From NCBI GenBank assembly GCA_965217035.1, contig OZ244226.1:620001-684000 (forward strand): DNA of 64,000 nucleotides, written 5' to 3'. This DNA is from Bacteriovoracaceae bacterium (GTDB lineage: Bacteria; Bdellovibrionota; Bacteriovoracia; Bacteriovoracales; Bacteriovoracaceae). Positions 54,974 to 64,000 of this stretch are shown piece after piece. A program made the position numbers and the translations under genes. Each line of letters opens with the position of its first letter. Within the stretch, counting starts at the first letter, position 1. The notes under the pieces were generated by a model that saw only the letters and a list, made by a program, of their open reading frames with translations, ran no database searches and was not told the origin of the DNA.

Positions 54974-55430
54974 AATAATGCTCCTTATTCTTATTCCTTT
55001 AATTGGCTTTACTGCTAAGAAGATAGAAACAGCTGAAGAAAGAAAAATCCGTATCCAATTACTGAACGATCATTGGGAGGGTCCTCAAAAACTCGCTCCT
55101 ATCATAAAAAAAGTCGATCAAAACTCCTGTGGTTTTCTTATGAAGAAGATGCAAGAGTATAAGAAAACAAACTTTGTAAAAGTCCGCGTCATGAAAACGA
55201 TGAGCCACCTCAAATGCAAAGAAAATATTACGGTCGTTAAGCAGTACTTGGTTCCTAATACCTATTTCACTGTTAAAGCGGAAGCTATTCGGATGGCCGG
55301 CCGTCTCCCCCAGAAGCAAAAACAAAGAGTCGTTCCCTTAATGAACATCCTCAAAAGAAAAACACAGGATAAATATATCCTGGATACGATTAAAGAGTTT
55401 GAAGAGACGCTTTCTAACAAGAAATCTTAA
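54963..55430 (+). CDS. Exported helical (HEAT-like) basic protein
   Basis: Overlaps the peptidase stop; VKVRVMKTMS and VKAEAIRMAG helical repeats. Confidence 0.6.
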   Translation: MMFKIMLLILIPLIGFTAKKIETAEERKIRIQLLNDHWEGPQKLAPIIKKVDQNSCGFLMKKMQEYKKTNFVKVRVMKTMSHLKCKENITVVKQYLVPNTYFTVKAEAIRMAGRLPQKQKQRVVPLMNILKRKTQDKYILDTIKEFEETLSNKKS

Positions 55431-55436
55431 CTCTAA

Positions 55437-55532
55437 TAAAAACGCAGTAAAATTCGCGAATCGAGTAAGTGAGACGTACGCTTTGATACGTCGCAGGTTA
55501 GGAGATGATGAAGGACAATGAAAATTGCTTTA
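55437..55532. repeat. Small palindromic MITE/REP-like element, copy 2 (degenerate)
   Basis: Core GTGAGACGTAC..ATACGTCGCA similar to 6725..6751. Confidence 0.45.
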
Positions 55533-55534
55533 TC

Positions 55535-55735
55535 TTAAAAATAGTTATGTTCTTTCTTTTCTGGCTTTTTCTCAAATCCCGTGCATTCAGAGCCTGACGC
55601 CATCTTTACAACAACCATAGGTAATTGCTTGGATTTAATATCAAATAAGGAACAAGCATAAGGACGTTTAGGATCCCAGCTGACTTTATAATGTTTGCAA
55701 AAACGACAATGAAGTTTTTGATTCGTTTCACTCAT
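55535..55735 (-). CDS. Small Cys-rich putative metal-binding protein
   Basis: CRFCKHY..W....PYAC..F..KSK..P...V...SG.EC pattern. Confidence 0.75.
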   Translation of the reverse strand: MSETNQKLHCRFCKHYKVSWDPKRPYACSLFDIKSKQLPMVVVKMASGSECTGFEKKPEKKEHNYF

Positions 55736-56667
55736 ACAATGAGATCCTTCATGGAATGCTCAAGTGCTTGAACTGATTGAAGGTAAACCCCTTTATTAAA
55801 AGTCTCTCTCAAATGCCTCAAAAGAAAAGTTGGATTCAGTTGTCCAAAGTTCTCCATCAGATACCAAGCGAAGTTTTCATAAACAATATAAACCTGTGAA
55901 AGAGGAGCAATATTAAAGCTAAGCTTTTCAGGAAAACCTACTCCACTGGCCATCCCATGGTGCTGCAAGCAGAAAGTCGACAATCCATGAGGAAGCTTAT
56001 CTATCCCTTTGATTGTTTCTTGGGCAACCAAAGCATGATTCATCACTCGCTCGGTCGCTACTTCATCAAGGCCAGTTAATTCCAGATCCTCCATTGTCAG
56101 AATCCGGCATTCTTTATCATCCTCTAACCCAATATCACAAAAAAAGGCCATATAAGTGAGAAGCTTCACTGTATCCGTTGAAAATTTATCAAGTGCAGAG
56201 ATAGTATTGAGAAAAAGAAAGTAAAGGATTTGAATCTTTTTATACGAATAAGAAAGCTCTTTGGTATTGAGTTTTTTGAGATGCTCTAAAAGCTTGCTGT
56301 TTGCCGAAGAAATATCTTTCAACCATTTCACGCTTTCATCTACCTTGGTGCTATCCCATGAGTTTTTGTTCTCTCTCAGAGAGCTCATAAGCTCTCCGAA
56401 TTTTTGATCCGAAACGACATGGATCTCTTCAATGGGTTGATCATCAATCGCAGAAGGCGAAACACTTGTCGAGAAATACTTGGTGTAGTCCTCTTCCGTG
56501 ACATAAAGATTGAGATCAGCGCCTAATTCTTTACGGATTTCTTGAATATTTGTTTCATCTCCAGCTGAATATCGCTTGAAAAAACGGGTATTTGACTTCA
56601 AATATAGGTCACAAGGGAGACCATCAAATGTTACGAGCTCTTCATCTCGTACTAACACATGCATCAT
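55732..56667 (-). CDS. Degenerate HD-GYP-like protein
   Basis: FCDIG in place of HDIG; QHHG..SG.GFP. Confidence 0.7.
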   Translation of the reverse strand: MMHVLVRDEELVTFDGLPCDLYLKSNTRFFKRYSAGDETNIQEIRKELGADLNLYVTEEDYTKYFSTSVSPSAIDDQPIEEIHVVSDQKFGELMSSLRENKNSWDSTKVDESVKWLKDISSANSKLLEHLKKLNTKELSYSYKKIQILYFLFLNTISALDKFSTDTVKLLTYMAFFCDIGLEDDKECRILTMEDLELTGLDEVATERVMNHALVAQETIKGIDKLPHGLSTFCLQHHGMASGVGFPEKLSFNIAPLSQVYIVYENFAWYLMENFGQLNPTFLLRHLRETFNKGVYLQSVQALEHSMKDLIV

Positions 56668-56881
56668 AACTCCTTAATTATACAACGGAATTTAGGATTT
56701 CCTACCTAGAGAAAAAAGCTTCTATCTATTTTTTAGACACCTACCCTGAAACAGCTATGTAATGTTGTCTTCCCCTCTTTCTATTCTTGAGCAAAGTGAT
56801 AGGCTTAACAAAGAAGCCATAAGATCTGCGGAGATCTCATGAATAAATTTAATCCTTAATCTGGGGAGAATTTAAGGAAGT

Positions 56882-57223
56882 ATGGACACGTATAGCGACG
56901 AAAATAGTGATTCGAAAGTGATTCAAATGTGGTCTCGGGATGATTCAAACCTCTCGAACGATCCGCTAGAAGATTTGCTTAATGAATTTGGGACCGAAGA
57001 CCAGAATTTTGGCTGGGAAGATGAGTTACTCGATGAGCTTGATTTAGATCATTCCGATCTAAGATTGTCCTTTCAAGAATCTCAGGATTATTTTTATGAT
57101 CAACTTGGTAGAACAGCATCGGATCAAAACGACCTTGAAAGCGTGACAGAGTTAGTCCACAAGGCCAAATATCTTTCTCATAAGTTGAAGTACTACAACA
57201 CATATTTACTTAATCGAGAATAA
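56882..57223 (+). CDS. Acidic hypothetical protein
   Basis: AAGGA SD; 113 aa, D/E-rich; followed by a terminator. Confidence 0.6.
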   Translation: MDTYSDENSDSKVIQMWSRDDSNLSNDPLEDLLNEFGTEDQNFGWEDELLDELDLDHSDLRLSFQESQDYFYDQLGRTASDQNDLESVTELVHKAKYLSHKLKYYNTYLLNRE

Positions 57224-57257
57224 TTTTAACCTCGAAGATAAATTAAAAATATAAAAT

Positions 57258-57288
57258 AAAAAAACCGAGCTTAGGCCCGGTTTTTTTT
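57258..57288. terminator. Bidirectional terminator
   Basis: A-tract CCGAGC-TTAG-GCCCGG T-tract between convergent genes. Confidence 0.8.
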
Positions 57289-57372
57289 AAGGAAATTTTA
57301 AGTTACCTACGCATCCCAGCTCCGGTAGTCGCACTTAGCGACACCGCCTCAGGCTCCTGCCTTCGGTATTAG

Positions 57373-58656
57373 CTATTGAAGTACTTGGTAAGGGTCATCA
57401 CTAAGCTTCAAAAGGTAGAGGATAGGATTAATATTCAATTTAAATGCTTTTTCAATCATACTAGAACCAGGATAGAAGCCTTTTTTTCCTGAATTCGGTC
57501 CCGGATTGAGCTCAAATGTAAAACAAAAGATATTAAACTCACCATAGGCCCAGTCACAGGTATCGCCTGAAGCAATATAAAGATCGCTAGCCTGTTGTGG
57601 TTTGTATTTGTTCCAAGTCGACATTTTTCGAGCAATCGATTCAAAAACTTTTTGCTCTTTTCCACCTACTCCATCGTATTTTCCACCCCAAGGGTAAAGG
57701 ATGAGCTCTGAAAATGTATGAAAACTGATCATTGTTTTAATATTATTATGAGCTTTTACAAATCTCTGAACAGCTTGAGTTTCTGGTTCTGAAAATGGTT
57801 TTGGACCCATGTAAACATCAGAGCCTGGATCTTTGGAAGAACCACCTGTTCCCCATCCAAAAGAATAATTTCGATTCAAATCAACTCCGTAGATCTTTCC
57901 CCAGGGGCCATCTTTAATAAATCTTCTATTTTTTCTCCAGTACTTATAGCGTTTTTTAACAATGTCATGGATTGCTCCATCAGGGTTGAGAAGTGGTACA
58001 GCATAAACAACTCTATTTCTCATGAGCTCTTGGAAATTTTCATCAGTCTTCATAAGTTTAATCATATGATGAATCATGAGCAGTGGAATTTCAGTACTCA
58101 AATGCTCTCTTGCATGATGAGTTCCGACTAACATCATCGCTGGTTTTTTTAATTCATCATCAAAACCACCCATTGTCATTTTCACACCAAGAAGTTCGCG
58201 GTCTTCAACAGATTTTCCAAAATGAACAAGCTTAACAAGTTTAGGAGCTGAAGCTGCTGCTTTCTTTAAAGAAGTAATCACCTCTTTGAATGTATGATAT
58301 TTTTCATCACCAGCCGGGAATTCAACTTCTCTGCTTGGCTTTCCTTTACCAGGACCTTTAGATCCACGATTAAACTTTTTATTAGGGATTTTCTTCCATG
58401 AATAACTACCTAAAATTTTTGCACGATTACGATTAAGTTTTCTTTTAATGATTGAAAGTTGATAATCATTTACATAAACGACAACTCTATCTTCATAGAT
58501 TTCATCTAAATGTAAAAAACCAGCAAGCTGAGTACGCTCTTGAGCGTTCTTAGCTTTGATCGTCACCTGATAGATATTGTCGTTAGATCGTTTTTGCGAA
58601 AAAGCACTAAAACTAAGTGCCATTAATAAAGTTATCAATATTGCCTGAATGCTCAT
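57373..58656 (-). CDS. M14 zinc carboxypeptidase (carboxypeptidase T-like)
   Basis: HHAREH, NPDG, WRKNRR, GVDLNRN, FHTFSE and FTFEL motifs. Confidence 0.95.
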   Translation of the reverse strand: MSIQAILITLLMALSFSAFSQKRSNDNIYQVTIKAKNAQERTQLAGFLHLDEIYEDRVVVYVNDYQLSIIKRKLNRNRAKILGSYSWKKIPNKKFNRGSKGPGKGKPSREVEFPAGDEKYHTFKEVITSLKKAAASAPKLVKLVHFGKSVEDRELLGVKMTMGGFDDELKKPAMMLVGTHHAREHLSTEIPLLMIHHMIKLMKTDENFQELMRNRVVYAVPLLNPDGAIHDIVKKRYKYWRKNRRFIKDGPWGKIYGVDLNRNYSFGWGTGGSSKDPGSDVYMGPKPFSEPETQAVQRFVKAHNNIKTMISFHTFSELILYPWGGKYDGVGGKEQKVFESIARKMSTWNKYKPQQASDLYIASGDTCDWAYGEFNIFCFTFELNPGPNSGKKGFYPGSSMIEKAFKLNINPILYLLKLSDDPYQVLQ

Positions 58657-58736
58657 CAGCTTCCTCCTTAAGGTCGATCAATTAAAAAGTATTTAATTAA
58701 ATGGCGTCAAACCCGTCAAGCAAGCTCAGATAAATG

Positions 58737-59651
58737 TTAGAAGTTAAGAGATTCCGCCTCAATAAAAATCTTTTTGAAACGCGGATCAAGAGTTTTAATA
58801 TCCTTTGTGAGAGCTGCGATTCGAATTTCCAATTGGCCGCTAGGAATTGAATCGACAAAATCCAAGGTCATATTGAGAAGAATATCATTGGGCCCAAGAT
58901 GCATGGTAAGGACTTGCTTTACAGATTCAACCTCTGGGTACTGGTTCGCGAGTTCTCGAATTTTATCAACGAGCGATTGATGAGCACTTTCTCCAATTAA
59001 CAAGCCTTTGGTTTCAATGGCCAACCAAAGTGCCACTAAAATGAGAAGGATTCCGATGCAACAAGAGGCAATAGCATCATAAACAGGATCTCCTGTTTGA
59101 TCTGTTAAGGTTACTCCAATCAAGGCAATAAACAAACCTAGGATCGCAGCAAAGTCTTCAAAAAGTACCACGAAAAGACTGGGATCTTTCCCCTCTTTGA
59201 TCGCTTCGATTATTCCCATATCTCCTTTCGCTTTGGCAAAAGCAATATAAGCATAATAACAAACAGCAGCTTCAATCAAGATACTTACAACTAAAACAAT
59301 ATAATTAATCATCAAGGGCTTAGTTAGACTCGGTTCGAGAACCTTATGAATTCCTTCATAAAGAGAAAAACCTCCTCCAGCTGCAAAGATAATAATAGAA
59401 ACCACGAAACTCCAGAAATAAATTTCTTTTCCTCGACCAAAAGGAAATTTTTCATCGGCAGGAACCTTTGCCTTTTTTAATCCGTGAAGTAAAAGGACTT
59501 GATTTCCCGTATCCACCATGGAGTGAATTCCTTCAGAAAACATCGCTGAACTTCCAGAAAGAAAAGATCCAATGAACTTTCCAATAGCGATAAAGAGATT
59601 CCCTACAAGCGCAGCATAGATTGCACTCTTTGAACTATTGGCACCGGCCAT
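58737..59651 (-). CDS. Cation diffusion facilitator family transporter
   Basis: EGIHSMVDTGNQ, FPFG.GKE.YFW and LFEDFAA motifs. Confidence 0.93.
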   Translation of the reverse strand: MAGANSSKSAIYAALVGNLFIAIGKFIGSFLSGSSAMFSEGIHSMVDTGNQVLLLHGLKKAKVPADEKFPFGRGKEIYFWSFVVSIIIFAAGGGFSLYEGIHKVLEPSLTKPLMINYIVLVVSILIEAAVCYYAYIAFAKAKGDMGIIEAIKEGKDPSLFVVLFEDFAAILGLFIALIGVTLTDQTGDPVYDAIASCCIGILLILVALWLAIETKGLLIGESAHQSLVDKIRELANQYPEVESVKQVLTMHLGPNDILLNMTLDFVDSIPSGQLEIRIAALTKDIKTLDPRFKKIFIEAESLNF

Positions 59652-59655
59652 GGCC

Positions 59656-60573
59656 CTAAGCTTTTTCCTTAATAATGACAAAATTAGTTGGGATATGCTT
59701 AATCAGATCATAGCTCGTACTATTAAATCGAAACGTATCCATAAACCCAGCGTTTGGTTCTACAAAAATGACATCAAGTGGATTCTCTTTTAAATGAGAA
59801 AGAAGATTTTCGGCTGGAGCCTTATCAACAGTAATCACAAGATCAAGACCACATTTCACTCCTTGATCCTCTATTAGTTTTTTATATTCTTCAAACTTCG
59901 CAGTAACGAGTTTACGTTGATAACCCATATAATCATTCTTTTGCTTCTCAACATCTATCTCAGTAGCAAAAACATTTTTATAAATCTCTCGTGAATCAAA
60001 TGATTCGACGTGAATGATATCAATTTCAGCGCCTACTTGTTTTGCAAAAATAATCGCTTGATCAATCAGGTTGTCACAATCTTGGACCGGATCGAAACAA
60101 ACCCCAATCTTTTTAATCTCATTAACTTCCTTTTTCGCAATGAACACATTTTGAGAAGTTCTGAAAATAACTTTCTCAACAAAACTTCCAAAAAGAATTT
60201 TAGAAAGTTTATCAACTTGAGAATTAGAAACAATAACCATCGGATCTTCGTGACCATTGAGAAAACTTTCTACTTCTTCAAAGCTACTCCCTTCAACAAT
60301 CTCAAACTTTCCTTCAGCTTTTGTTTCTGATCTTTGAAATTGATCAGCAAGATCTTTTGCAATATGTTTTGGAACCTGCTTACCCCAGTCAGCAGACTCA
60401 GTATAAAGACCTGAAAGGTCGGGTAACATGTCCATGTTTTTAATTCTCGGGGTAATAGTATCCCAGTGGAAAAAAGTAGTCTCCAATTTGGACAATTCGG
60501 CAAGCCGTGCCCCCGCTTTTAGCGCTATATCGCTCGCTGAAGTAAAGTCAGTTGCAATTAACAAATTTTTCAT
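59656..60573 (-). CDS. Universal stress protein (tandem USP)
   Basis: LLIATDFT..S, FGSFVEKV and second-domain IIHV. Confidence 0.8.
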   Translation of the reverse strand: MKNLLIATDFTSASDIALKAGARLAELSKLETTFFHWDTITPRIKNMDMLPDLSGLYTESADWGKQVPKHIAKDLADQFQRSETKAEGKFEIVEGSSFEEVESFLNGHEDPMVIVSNSQVDKLSKILFGSFVEKVIFRTSQNVFIAKKEVNEIKKIGVCFDPVQDCDNLIDQAIIFAKQVGAEIDIIHVESFDSREIYKNVFATEIDVEKQKNDYMGYQRKLVTAKFEEYKKLIEDQGVKCGLDLVITVDKAPAENLLSHLKENPLDVIFVEPNAGFMDTFRFNSTSYDLIKHIPTNFVIIKEKA

Positions 60574-60930
60574 CCTAGCTCCATAAAGTTTCAGACTTTC
60601 TAAGTACTCTATTATTTCCTAACGGCCCGATGCCTGACCTGCAAAGTGATAAAAAAAAGATATCATTATATATGAAACGTTAAAAGTTAAGATTGTGAAT
60701 ATTTGAGTTGTTCTAAGGGATTAGGGTCTACGGACAGGATGTCTTCCCAACCCTAATTCCGCTCCTTCCTCGACTCTAAAAAAGCACTTCAAGTTGAAAA
60801 ACTTCACTAAAAGATCTTAAAACCCTGTAGACTTTTTAGACGCACCGAACATTAAAGAATGATAGAGACGCTAAGCTTCATAAGAAGTATTTCGCAAGAG
60901 ATATTAAAATGTTTCTAAATGTCTTTAAAC

Positions 60931-60965
60931 AAAAAAGGGGCCTGTAAAACAAGCCCCCATTTTTT
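60931..60965. terminator. Bidirectional-type terminator
   Basis: A-tract GGGGCCTG..CAAGCCCC T-tract. Confidence 0.7.
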
Positions 60966-60983
60966 CATTCTGTAAAATTCGAT

Positions 60984-61655
60984 TTACCAGCGACGGCAAT
61001 AGCTCTCAGAGACATGGTATTGAAACTGACCTCTTCGGTAATAAGCGCACCGGCAAGAATTCGTTTTCGCATATCCTGTATAGTTTGTTCCACTGTGCCC
61101 ACCACATTGAGTTGGTGGTTTAGGATCATGGTAAGAACGGCAAAGATATTCTTGTACATGATACTGGAATTGACCTCGGTAGTAATAAGCGCATTGGCAA
61201 GAATTTGTTTTTGCATAACCTGTATAGTTGGTACCACTGTGCCCGCCACATTGAGTTGGTGGTTTAGGATATCCCCCTCCTCCGCCATGTCTAGATCTTA
61301 AAGAAACTCCATCTTCGTGATAGCTTGAATTTGACTTCACAGTAACAAAGATTTTTCCTCTATTACGAAGATGTCTTTTCGCCTCATGGCTTAAAGTATA
61401 AGAAGCAGTATATGGAGGGTAATAATCAGCAGTTGTTAATTTGTATCGATCGATAACATGACCATAGCGCGAAGCCTTGATAAGAACATTTGAACAATTT
61501 CGAACATTCTTTAATTTCACATGGAATTGTCTGTAAGACGACTTACGCAATTCAACTTTTCCTCCACAGCTATTCAACCATTTTGCATCAATAGGTCGAC
61601 TCTGCGAAAAACTCGAAAGGCTAATAAGCCCCAATAAAAGTACTAAAAATTTCAT
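60984..61655 (-). CDS. Secreted protein with two 48-aa Cys/Tyr-rich repeats
   Basis: Signal peptide; GAGGAG SD; PKPPTQCGGHSGTNYTGYAKTNSC.CAYY.RGQFQYHV twice. Confidence 0.8.
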   Translation of the reverse strand: MKFLVLLLGLISLSSFSQSRPIDAKWLNSCGGKVELRKSSYRQFHVKLKNVRNCSNVLIKASRYGHVIDRYKLTTADYYPPYTASYTLSHEAKRHLRNRGKIFVTVKSNSSYHEDGVSLRSRHGGGGGYPKPPTQCGGHSGTNYTGYAKTNSCQCAYYYRGQFQYHVQEYLCRSYHDPKPPTQCGGHSGTNYTGYAKTNSCRCAYYRRGQFQYHVSESYCRRW

Positions 61656-61838
61656 CCTCTCTCCTCGTAAATATGGATTCCTATCTTAGGGCCCATACTA
61701 CCGAAATTTAATAAATCACAATAGGCATACAGCAAAAAATTTTCTTTGTTTTTGTTTCATTTCTAGAAAACAGTCGACTCGTGTCAGCTCAAAGAGAAGC
61801 CCTTTTGAAGCCATTTATTCACTCAATATCTGACAAAG

Positions 61839-61865
61839 TCAGTTTATTCATTTTTATTACGATAA
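61839..61865 (+). promoter_or_regulatory. Putative sigma28-like promoter
   Basis: TCAG-N15-TACGATAA. Confidence 0.35.
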
Positions 61866-61911
61866 AGGAATTATAGGCTCAGTTAACATAAAAACTCTGG
61901 GAGGGGAGAAA

Positions 61912-62505
61912 TTGAATCTCACAAGAATAATCCTAATCATACTATTTAGTTTAAATTTCGGTCTTCTTCAGTTATCAGCTGCAGATTGTCATACTTGGAA
62001 TGGAATAGGTTGTTGTATCCCAGGTAATGAAGACTCGATATGTAAAATCAAAGGGTCCGCAGAAATCGGAAAATGCAAAGAAGCGACAGCAAGTTCTACC
62101 AAATCTGCTCCTAGGTGGGCATGTGTTCAAGATAAAAACATGACCTCTGTAGAGAAGACTGCAAAAAGAAAGAAACTAAAAAAACTAGTAGAAAGGATTA
62201 ATTGGGAAAAAAAGTGCAAATGGGTTAATGGATCAGAACCAATGCTTATTTATTCTCCTACAAAATGTAGTAAGGCCGTTATCAATGAACCGACATGTTT
62301 CGGTCATGTGAGTTGTTATAATTATTCAAAAATAAAAAAAGTAAAAGCTGCAACATGTAGTAAAGATAATTGTTCGTCTCCTGAAAAATGCCTAAAACAA
62401 ACTTTGAAAGAAGAAGGTTATAGATCCGAACCTTATGCTGATAGCCATACAAATTCAAGAAACGTAAGAAGGCATAGAAATCATTCTGAAGGGATTGAGC
62501 CTTAA
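61912..62505 (+). CDS. Secreted Cys-rich hypothetical protein
   Basis: TTG start with GGAGGGGAG SD; signal peptide; many Cys. Confidence 0.7.
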   Translation: MNLTRIILIILFSLNFGLLQLSAADCHTWNGIGCCIPGNEDSICKIKGSAEIGKCKEATASSTKSAPRWACVQDKNMTSVEKTAKRKKLKKLVERINWEKKCKWVNGSEPMLIYSPTKCSKAVINEPTCFGHVSCYNYSKIKKVKAATCSKDNCSSPEKCLKQTLKEEGYRSEPYADSHTNSRNVRRHRNHSEGIEP

Positions 62506-62522
62506 TTTAGATTTTTTTCAAT

Positions 62523-62552
62523 AAAAAAAAGGGAGGGGTCATCGCCCTCCCT
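62523..62552 (-). terminator. Intrinsic terminator of the POT gene
   Basis: AGGGAGGG..CCCTCCCT with a U-tract on -. Confidence 0.8.
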
Positions 62553-62579
62553 AAATATCTAAAAAACTAATTTAGTATT

Positions 62580-63998
62580 TTAGCTCTCAAGGTAATTTCT
62601 CATCTTATAATTCTTTGCAAGAAGTGCAAAAATAGCAGCAGAAATAAACATAACAATCGCGAAGAATACGAAAAAGATCACTTCGCCACTTGCTGTTAAG
62701 CCAAGAGTCTCAGCAGCAAAAGTTTTCATCGCCTCACCTGTTGCAGCGACATAACTAGTCACCATATTTCCAAAGAAAACAGTTAAAAGAAAGAGGCTCA
62801 TGATCGTTGACTTCATGCTTCTTGGAGCTTGAGTATAAGCAAACTCAAGGGCCGTAATCGAGACCATCACTTCAGCAGCAGTAATTGTTAAATAAGGGAA
62901 GAACTGCCAACCAACATTCAGTTGATTTCCAGCATCTAGTTGTCCCTGGATGATCGCAACCATAACAAAAGAAAAGCCTGCAACTCCCATTCCGATTCCC
63001 ATTTTTCTTAATGGGGTGACTTCAAAGAACCTTCCCATGAACGGGTAAATACCGAATGAGAAGATAGGAATTAAGGCCATAACCATAACTGGATTAAGAG
63101 CAGCGATTTGAGAAGGAAGGAATTCGATTCCCATAAAGTTAAGGTTCATCTCTTTGGCTTGAAGAATCCAAGTTGATCCATGTTGATCAAAAAGGGCCCA
63201 AAAGAAAGTAATCATTGAAAAGATAACAGCAATCCCAAGAACCGCTTGAGCTCCATCGACAGCTTTTTCATCATATTTTTTAAGAGCTCCAGAAAGAATT
63301 CCTTTGCCTTTTACTTTATTCCCAAGGTTAATGATCGCAGAGAAAACAATTTTAACAAAGCTCTCTTGGTTATTTGATTTTAGAAATCCAAGAAGCATTG
63401 AAGTTCCAATAAGAACACCAGGAAGAAGAATAGAAAGATCAAGCCCTCCAAAAGAGTAAACACCATGGATAAACGGAGCGGCTAAAATTGTCGCTGTCCC
63501 CGTCCAGAAAAGAGTGTTGAAACCAGTAGGGGCTTTTTCAGCAGCAGGAACATGAACAAACTCATGTCTCCCTAACCAGAAAACAAATGTCGCCGCCGCC
63601 ATAAGAAGTCCAGGAATACCAAAGGCAACGCCTGGTCCATATTCTTCTAGAGTCCAAGGAGTAATAAGAGTTGAAAAGAATGAACCAAAATTAATCATCC
63701 AATAGAAAAGCTCAAAAATCTTCTCAACCATTTTCTCTTGCCCTTTTTTAAACTGATCACCGACGTGAGCCGAAACACAAGGCTTGATCCCACCTGAGCC
63801 AAGAGCAATCAGTCCAAGACCTGTATAAAAACCGATATCACTATGTTCAAAAATAGCGAGGTATAAGTGCCCCACACAATAAACAATCGATAAAGCTAAA
63901 ATTGTTTTGTACTTTCCCCAGAATCGATCTGAGATAAAGGCTCCCATCACAGGGAAGAAGTAACAAGCACCAGCGAACATATGGTATGTCGAAGTTGC
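62580..63998 (-). CDS. POT/PTR family proton-dependent oligopeptide transporter (5' end outside the window)
   Basis: GSGGIKPCVSAHVGDQF, FYWMINFGS and LEFAYTQAP..MKS motifs; frame open to the window end. Confidence 0.95.
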   Translation of the reverse strand, partial: ATSTYHMFAGACYFFPVMGAFISDRFWGKYKTILALSIVYCVGHLYLAIFEHSDIGFYTGLGLIALGSGGIKPCVSAHVGDQFKKGQEKMVEKIFELFYWMINFGSFFSTLITPWTLEEYGPGVAFGIPGLLMAAATFVFWLGRHEFVHVPAAEKAPTGFNTLFWTGTATILAAPFIHGVYSFGGLDLSILLPGVLIGTSMLLGFLKSNNQESFVKIVFSAIINLGNKVKGKGILSGALKKYDEKAVDGAQAVLGIAVIFSMITFFWALFDQHGSTWILQAKEMNLNFMGIEFLPSQIAALNPVMVMALIPIFSFGIYPFMGRFFEVTPLRKMGIGMGVAGFSFVMVAIIQGQLDAGNQLNVGWQFFPYLTITAAEVMVSITALEFAYTQAPRSMKSTIMSLFLLTVFFGNMVTSYVAATGEAMKTFAAETLGLTASGEVIFFVFFAIVMFISAAIFALLAKNYKMRNYLES

Positions 63999-64000
63999 TT

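Noticed and set aside
55535..55735. Uracil-DNA glycosylase label sometimes given to similar small proteins
   Set aside because: 66 aa is far too short and no UDG motifs are present.

Overview
Bacterial chromosomal segment from an AT-rich organism. Gene content (many unknown secreted or lipoprotein genes, degenerate HD-GYP proteins) and my reading of the 16S suggest a predatory Bdellovibrionota of the Bacteriovoracia/Halobacteriovorax type; this is an inference and no database search was run. Recognisable content: tandem porin-like paralogues, nfeD plus two SPFH genes, phhA-phhB, a split nuoBCD-I block, an LpoB-like lipoprotein operon, a PhoB/PhoR-like pair, a leucine-degradation (liu) cluster, TetR plus hydrolase, a complete minus-strand rRNA operon (16S-23S-5S, no spacer tRNA), cmk-hldA-DUF4416-pheS-pheT, SLT, DUF255, an M15 peptidase, an M14 carboxypeptidase, CDF, USP and a partial POT transporter. 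No CRISPR array, transposase, integrase, phage gene or tRNA was seen. Most notable observations: an ~88-nt hairpin insertion in the 16S V2 region; three intergenic GGA-loop hairpin elements resembling CsrA/RsmA sites, one with its own promoter and terminal hairpin; a recurrent FliA-like TCA(N)-N15-NNCGATA(A/G) promoter; a secreted protein with 40 tandem TRPG-type repeats; a gene that appears to start at ATC; and a frameshifted deaminase remnant cut off by a small palindromic repeat with a second copy at 55.4 kb. I did not find a clearly demonstrable new multi-gene system; the candidates listed are hypotheses.
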